In this document: one piece after another, positions 57,651-64,000 of the stretch
Numbering within the stretch: the stretch's first letter is position 1
Layout: each line of letters begins with the position of its first letter
Assembly (NCBI GenBank): GCA_951406725.2
Contig: OX597821.1
Coordinates: 69,502,001-69,566,000 of the forward strand
From: Octopus vulgaris
Taxonomy: Eukaryota
Length of the DNA: 64,000 bases
Direction: 5' to 3'
Notes under the pieces: generated by a model
What the model saw: the letters and a program-made list of their open reading frames with translations, nothing else
The model's database searches: none
What the model was told of the DNA's origin: nothing
Program-made: the position numbers and the translations under genes

Positions 57651-57837
57651 ACATTGTTGGTCCAAAGATTACATCACAATATAAAGAATATAAAAAATAT
57701 AAATAGTACATGTAATATTAGCCATTATAATAGGTTCATCATATCTCCTTGAAAGGAATTGAATCTATCATTTAATGATTAAATTATTTAATTGTTCAAT
57801 TTATTATTTTTGATTTCCATATCGAATTTATATATAG

Positions 57838-57868
<31 letters not shown>

Positions 57869-57919
57869 AAATGAGACAAGAAGGCAAAACATCCAGATAG
57901 ACGATATAAATATATATAC

Positions 57920-58085
57920 ACACCGGGCTTCTTTCAATTCCCGCCTCAAATCAACTCATAAGGCTATGGTCGGTCCAAGGCTATAATAGAAGATACTTGC
58001 TCAAGGTGCCACGTAGTGGGACAGAACCCAGAGCCATGTGGTTGAACAGCAAGCTTCTTACCAGACAGCCATGTCTGCGCCTGCA
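57920..58085 (-). mobile_element. SINE family A 5' half
   Basis: tRNA-like head, reverse complement. Confidence 0.75.
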
Positions 58086-58161
58086 CACAGCAACATCTGC
58101 GCATCCACACACCCATGCTTGTATGTATATATATATCCGTCCATACATTCGTACATACGCG

Positions 58162-58200
<39 letters not shown>

Positions 58201-58219
58201 GTGTGTGTGTGTGTACATA

Positions 58220-58448
58220 CGAAGAGGGGCGCCCTGAAAGGCTCCTGACTTCAGGGATTTCATGAAAGGCCTAGTTGGAGGCACAGCCTCTTGAGTTATT
58301 TAGTTCTCTTACAGGTCTTAGAAAAACTGCAGGACCGCTGCAGTAAGAGTGCCAATCTGAGAGGGGAATATGCTGAATAAAATCATAATTAACTGATCTT
58401 CCTGTATTTTCTTTTACTCAAAGCCAGGCACCTATCAACACCACCTCG
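58220..58448 (+). mobile_element. Internally deleted mariner-like element (MITE)
   Basis: Degenerate ~30-bp TIRs (cga..ggggcg..ctgaaag.ctcctgactt / aagccaggcacctatcaacaccacctcg) after TA; remnant RCSK....RGEYAE* resembles the mariner C-terminus. Confidence 0.65.
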
Positions 58449-58839
58449 TCTATATTAATACATGTGTGTGCACGAGTGCGTGCGTGCATATAACTGTATG
58501 TAGTGTTGTCTAAAGGTCTGACCTCTTTATGTAGCCACTTTCTTTTATCTTTCTATGCTTTGGTACACTTTTACATTGTGTAAGTAGGTTCTCCAGTTTC
58601 CGGGACCTTATAATGAGGTTAAGACCACTTTTTGAGTGTGTGTGTGAGTGAGAGAGGGGGGGTGCGCACGCATACACGTGCCTCTGTGTTCATTTAGCCT
58701 GCTATTGCAATTCCATTCAAATTTAGGAAACGCCATCTAGAAATGCCTGGTACTAGACACATTCCATTTTATTGATCCCGAAAAGTGACCGGAGCGGGGT
58801 CGGAATAAAACGGTTGTTTATGACTGTTTGGATGCTGGT

Positions 58840-59785
58840 GATTATTACCTCCCACGTTGCAATCTAGGAACAGAAAACATCAACCAAGTACTTGATGCAC
58901 AAAAGGGATAGAAATGCAGGAAAAGCTGTAAAATGTGTCAACCGATGCAAACTTTGTGGAGTTCACACTGAAGATATCATCCACATCATAAGCAGTTGTC
59001 CGAAAATGTCATCACAATATTATCTACCGATGAGACATGACGCTGTAGCTAGGACATTCTATAAAGAAATCTGTCGGAAGGATAACCACGATGACAAACA
59101 AATAAGAACCCACAATATGGTAGAAGCTATACCCACTCATAACAAAAAGGAATACTGGTGGAATGCACCAGTGAAGGCCCCAATAAAATGTAAGCACAAC
59201 AGACCTGATATTATGATTTGGGTTAGAGAAAAGAAACTGTGTACAGTTGTGGAAATTAGCTGCCCAGCGGATGTTATCATAAAGCTGAAGATCAGTGATA
59301 AAGAGAACACCTATGCTGAACTATTAAGAAATCTGCAGTTACTCTATCCAAATTACAAGTTCAGGTTAATACCTGTAATTATTGGGGCCCTGGGATTTGT
59401 AATACACTGCCTAAATATCAATCTTGATAAATTAGGCTTCTCAAAACCTGAAAGGAGAAAGCTAATTCGAAGACTACAGATCCAGTCCATCACTGGAACG
59501 GTAAAAGTCTGTAAAACTTTCCAGTTTATCCTTTAAATATATATGAGCATGTCTAGATATGTAACTATATGCATGAGAATACATACATAAAACATTCAAA
59601 TCTGCACACACATACATGCATACATACATACATACATACATACATACATACATACATACATACATACATACAAAAATAACCTGTTGCTGACGTTGATGTT
59701 CCAATGAAGGAGCCCTGGATCTAGGTTAGAAACCGGTTCTTTCTCTATTGGTAAGAAATCTAGCAATAAACTAAATAATGACATA
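58840..59785 (+). mobile_element. REL-type LINE 3' end with UTR, (TACA)n-associated family
   Basis: 214-aa ORF with CKLCG..H...C knuckle, RHD, RPDIMI, VEISCP; UTR contains (TACA)n and ends in TACA-rich sequence. Confidence 0.9.
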
Positions 59786-60412
59786 TACATACATAGATTA
59801 ATACATACACACATACATATATACATGCATATATACATATATTCATATATATATATTGTGTAAGCACATATACGTATATGTATATATGTGTGTGTGTGTG
59901 TTAAACACACATAAAAATGTATATTTGCCTGTGAGTGTGTGCTGGCGCACAGCTTTTCTGTGAGTTGATTTTATGATGACAGCTATTTTAGTAATTGTAC
60001 TTTTTGCTGCAAAATCGTGGCGAGGTAGAGGGTGTTTTACCGCAAACAGCTGCTTCATGGGACATCCACCCTAACCCTTTCTACCCGACCCCTGCATAGG
60101 CACAAACAGACTGAGATAAACATCGTTACACATACAGAGACAGTGTGTTCTTTGCTTTGGTAATTTGGTCGGATTCCCTTGGATGATGTCAACATTGTTG
60201 ATAACTGTCATATGTTTGTATTGCTACACAAGCAGAAACATGTTTAAATTCCTCCCTCGGCAGCTTCCACACACACACACACACACATTCTACATTTTCT
60301 GCTTACACTCGCACACACACATTTTACGTTCCACTTATACTCACACACAAATACGATTTTCTTACACATACTCACACACAGACTTAGAGATACAGTCGCG
60401 CACACACACACA

Positions 60413-60485
<73 letters not shown>

Positions 60486-61204
60486 ACACTGTTACATTCA
60501 TCTGCAGCAATAACATTTGCAAAATCTTTCTGCTATTGTTGCTTCGCTATTACAGAGCTGAATGTAAAAAATATTTTTCCCAAATAGGCAGAAGTTCTAA
60601 AATGCGGAGGAGAGGAACATTCGATTCCACCGAGATCAGTAACTGGTACTTTCTCTTCTCATTGCTTGAAGTGTGTAAGGTAGAGTCTACCTTGACAGCC
60701 GTGGTATGGACTTAGGATGTAATGTGCAATGACTAAACACTGCAAGGCTCTGATAATTCTACCAATCTTTACGCTCTGTTGTCTTTTATCTGTTACGTGT
60801 TTCAGTCATTGGACTGCGGCTATGCTGGGAGACTACCCTGGCTTGTGAGTAAAACTGGAGAGACGAAACACTGCGCTACACTCATTCATAAATTAAATTG
60901 GAGCTTGTACAATTTTGCAGACGTTTTCACCATGACTCGGATTTGAAGATGTCTCCGGATGTATGTTTTCATCTTCACGTTCCGTTACCTGTCTCGGAGA
61001 TTTCGGTATGAACTATTGCACACTTCATTTGATATTTTCTTCCAGTTTTATAAAAGTATTTAGCGAATAGATAAAAAGTAGAGTTCAGAACTCTTATACA
61101 TAACATACATACATACATACAGACAGACAGAAACCAAAAGTATGTAACATCATAGAGATCAGCTGTCCTGCTGTTCACTGACAAAACTCCGTGCAGCACG
61201 AAAT

Positions 61205-61255
61205 TTTGTCAGTGAACAGGTCGTGGTCTCAAAGCGACGAAAATATTTTGACAAA
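61205..61255 (+). ncRNA. Minimal type I hammerhead ribozyme candidate, G3-C8 core variant
   Basis: UUUGUCA-GUGAACA-G-GUCGU(9 nt)GCGAC-GAA-AAUAUU-U^UGACAAA: 7-bp stem I, 5-bp stem II, palindromic stem III. Confidence 0.6.
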
Positions 61256-61702
61256 TTAAATTTAAATGTTGAAGTGAATCTAACGGTTTTTGTGTGTTTC
61301 TTAAATGACTTATAAACACCTTCCACGCTGCAATTGTGTTTGTATACATATATGTATATACATATATACATACATATACACACATACATTCTTACATGCA
61401 TACATATTCATACACATAAGTATACATACAAGAAAAAGATGACATCTATGGACCATTGATAAGGAGTTTGCATATCCGCTTCATACGCATTATCATTAGA
61501 GCTACAGGATACATACCAAGCCGTCTGGAGCAAAGTATGGTGGAACTCGGGTTCATGGGGAGAGAACGCAAATCCTTAGTTCATACGCTACAAAATGATC
61601 GCAATATCTGAGACTATAAAAATCTACAACCGTTCTTAAGAGCTAAATGACGAACAAAACAAGATGAATTCCTTCACAACCTTGCTAGTGAAAAACATAT
61701 AC

Positions 61703-61735
<33 letters not shown>

Positions 61736-61819
61736 TGTATGTATGTATGTATGTATGTATGTATGTATGTATGTATGTATACATATGTGCATGCTTACAT
61801 ACAAATACGAATGTGTGTA

Positions 61820-61852
<33 letters not shown>

Positions 61853-62099
61853 TTCATTTATTTAAAGGACACAATAATGTCTTCTTTAAGTGTTGCTAAT
61901 AGTTTGAAATGTTGAGAAATATCGCAAACATATTCTTCAGGCACAAACCACATGTCATAACGAACTAAAAAGATTGAATAAGAGAAGAAACGCGAAAAAG
62001 GGTGAGAAGGCGGTATATACAAAACGTGGAAGGTTAAAAACGGAAAACGTAGAAGTAAAACTAAAATGTAAGAAGTAAAAACAGTAAGAAGTTAGCTAT

Positions 62100-62500
62100 T
62101 TGCTGGATGCTCTCCATAGTATTAGTTTCTATTTCTATTTTGAACAGTACTCTCTTGTGGGGGTGCCTTTACGACTATGTTGATATCATCAACATAGCGA
62201 GAGTACATGTTCACGAGTATGGAGTTCTATGTTGGGCGTTCCTTAAGCCTTCTGTTCCACCATACCATGAAAAGGTTGGCCACATCACCGGCGATACTAA
62301 CGCTGATGGCTACCCCCTCGTCCTGGGCATATATATTATTGTTAAACTTAAACGTGTGGCCTTTTAGGGTAACTCTTATACTAGCTCCTGATGGACATTT
62401 GCGGGGGTCCGTATGGCTCTGGTTCATCCACTCCATCTCTCTATATGGGTTTTCGTAGTCATAGAAGTAATTGTGGGTGGTCTACCTCTTGAACGTCTAC
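62100..62500 (-). mobile_element. Penelope-like element reverse transcriptase fragment
   Basis: FKFNNNIYAQDEGVAI...ANLFM followed after a stop by MYSRYVDDINI, matching PLE RT motifs. Confidence 0.85.
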
Positions 62501-62523
62501 TGGGGCAGAAACTACTAAGATCA

Positions 62524-62856
62524 TGTATATAAACAGGAGATACAAATATTACAGGCACTCCCCCCCACACACACACTAACTAAAAATAGACACACATAGA
62601 GATATACGCATGCGCAAATGAAGACACATACAATAGAAATACAAAATACAAAATGGCTGACCGTTAGTAAGGAGAGACACACAAATAAGAAAGAAGAAAG
62701 CAAAGGACCACCGATGAGGTCACAGGAGTGTGACGAAAGAACTCTGGCTGAAATAAGATTAAGATTAATGTAAAAAATAAATAACGCTGAAGCAAAGTAA
62801 CACCAAATATATAGTGCGTGTGTTTTTATTGGCTAAACTGGCAAAATGACCATTCC

Positions 62857-62860
<4 letters not shown>
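62524..62860 (+). mobile_element. Penelope-like terminal repeat with hammerhead-like motif at 62705-62747
   Basis: GGACCA-CCGAUGA-G-GUCACA GGAG UGUGAC-GAA-AGAACU-C^UGG; second copy at 10455-10800; ends in (TA)n. Confidence 0.6.
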
Positions 62861-62920
<60 letters not shown>

Positions 62921-63439
62921 GCTTTAACAAGAATAGCATTGACAGTGACAGAAGTGATAGGCTGTTAAGTTCGCATCAATTGTCTCCCAGGCTGTCAAAC
63001 AAGTTTTCTCAAGAGGCGTTGTATGTTTTTAAATCAACGCAAAATCTAACGCTGAATGGTGGATCTGGAAGTACTGATTCAAATAAGTGGAGTGGCAGAC
63101 GGACAAAGTCTTTCCTCGTTTAAAATGACTTCGCTTATATACCCTCACCTGTGTATTTGGATTGCTCTTCTTTCTCCAAGGGCTTTAAGCTATTTCTTTT
63201 TCTTTTTTTTTTTGTATTATTGTGTGCACTTAATTTATATCAAATTTGAAACATGTCCATACACATCTAAAGAATTTAGGACTCCATATTTATGTAACTT
63301 TGTAAACGTTACCCTCATCTTTGTAAAGTGTATGCATGCTTTATTGTATGTGTGAAGAAAGTAGTAATAAAGAAATCATTTTCAATATCATCATCATCAT
63401 CCTCATCCTCATCCTCATCCTCATCATCATCATCATCAT

Positions 63440-63484
<45 letters not shown>

Positions 63485-63499
63485 TCAGTTTGATTCACC

Positions 63500-63695
63500 T
63501 TCGTTCTTTGACCCACCTTCATAGAATTTATGTGGGTAGTGGGTTACAGCCCGTAACCTTAGACAACCTCAAGCTTTCAATAATCTTTCAAGTACTCAAA
63601 GCCCTTCTGATAATCTTCCCTGATCCTAAGAGGCGAATTTTATGCAGACTCTCTACAGAACATTCTATTCCAATCACCTTCAACCATTTATCAGT
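63500..63695 (-). mobile_element. REL-type LINE extreme 3' end next to (ATC)n
   Basis: Minus strand KWLKVIGI..SVESLHKIRLLGSGKIIRRAL* followed by UTR and (TGA)n. Confidence 0.65.
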
Positions 63696-63710
63696 ATCAT
63701 TAATCACAGT

Positions 63711-64000
63711 AAGGCGGCGAGCTGGCAGAAACGTTAGCACGCCGGGCGAAATGCATAGCCATGTTTCGTCTGCCGTTACGTTCTGAGTTCAAATTCCGCC
63801 AAGGTCGACTTTGCATTTCATCTTTTCGGGGTCGATTAAATAAGTACCAATTACGCACTGGGGTCGATATAATCGACTAAATCCGTGTGTCTGTCCTAGT
63901 TTGTCTTCTCTGTGTTTAGCCCCTTGTGGGTAGTAAAGAAATAGGGTATTCCGTCTGTCGCTACGTTCTGAGTTCAAATTCCACCGAGGTCGACTTTGCC
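63711..64000 (+). mobile_element. SINE family B, duplicated form, running off the window edge
   Basis: aaggcggcgagctggcagaaacgttagc...; second core begins at ~63947. Confidence 0.9.

Overview
Repeat-saturated eukaryotic DNA, most consistent with an octopus (coleoid cephalopod) genome. That assignment is inferred from the tRNA-derived SINE types and the extreme microsatellite load. I find no intact host protein-coding gene; most track ORFs are translations of microsatellites. The window holds decayed non-LTR retrotransposons (R4/Dong-like with restriction-like endonuclease, RTE, L1/Tx1-like, Penelope-like), two SINE families, two Helitrons, and mariner and Tigger remnants. Most interesting signals: (1) several minimal type I hammerhead ribozyme candidates in Penelope-like terminal repeats, whose core positions 3 and 8 co-vary (C3-G8, U3-A8, G3-C8), one with a perfect upstream antisense strand; (2) a cluster of local fold-back inverted duplications, three centred on (TA)n; (3) element families apparently partitioned among different microsatellite motifs; (4) a 76-nt hairpin whose only mismatches are G-U wobbles. 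All folds and alignments were done by eye, and the ends of decayed elements are approximate.
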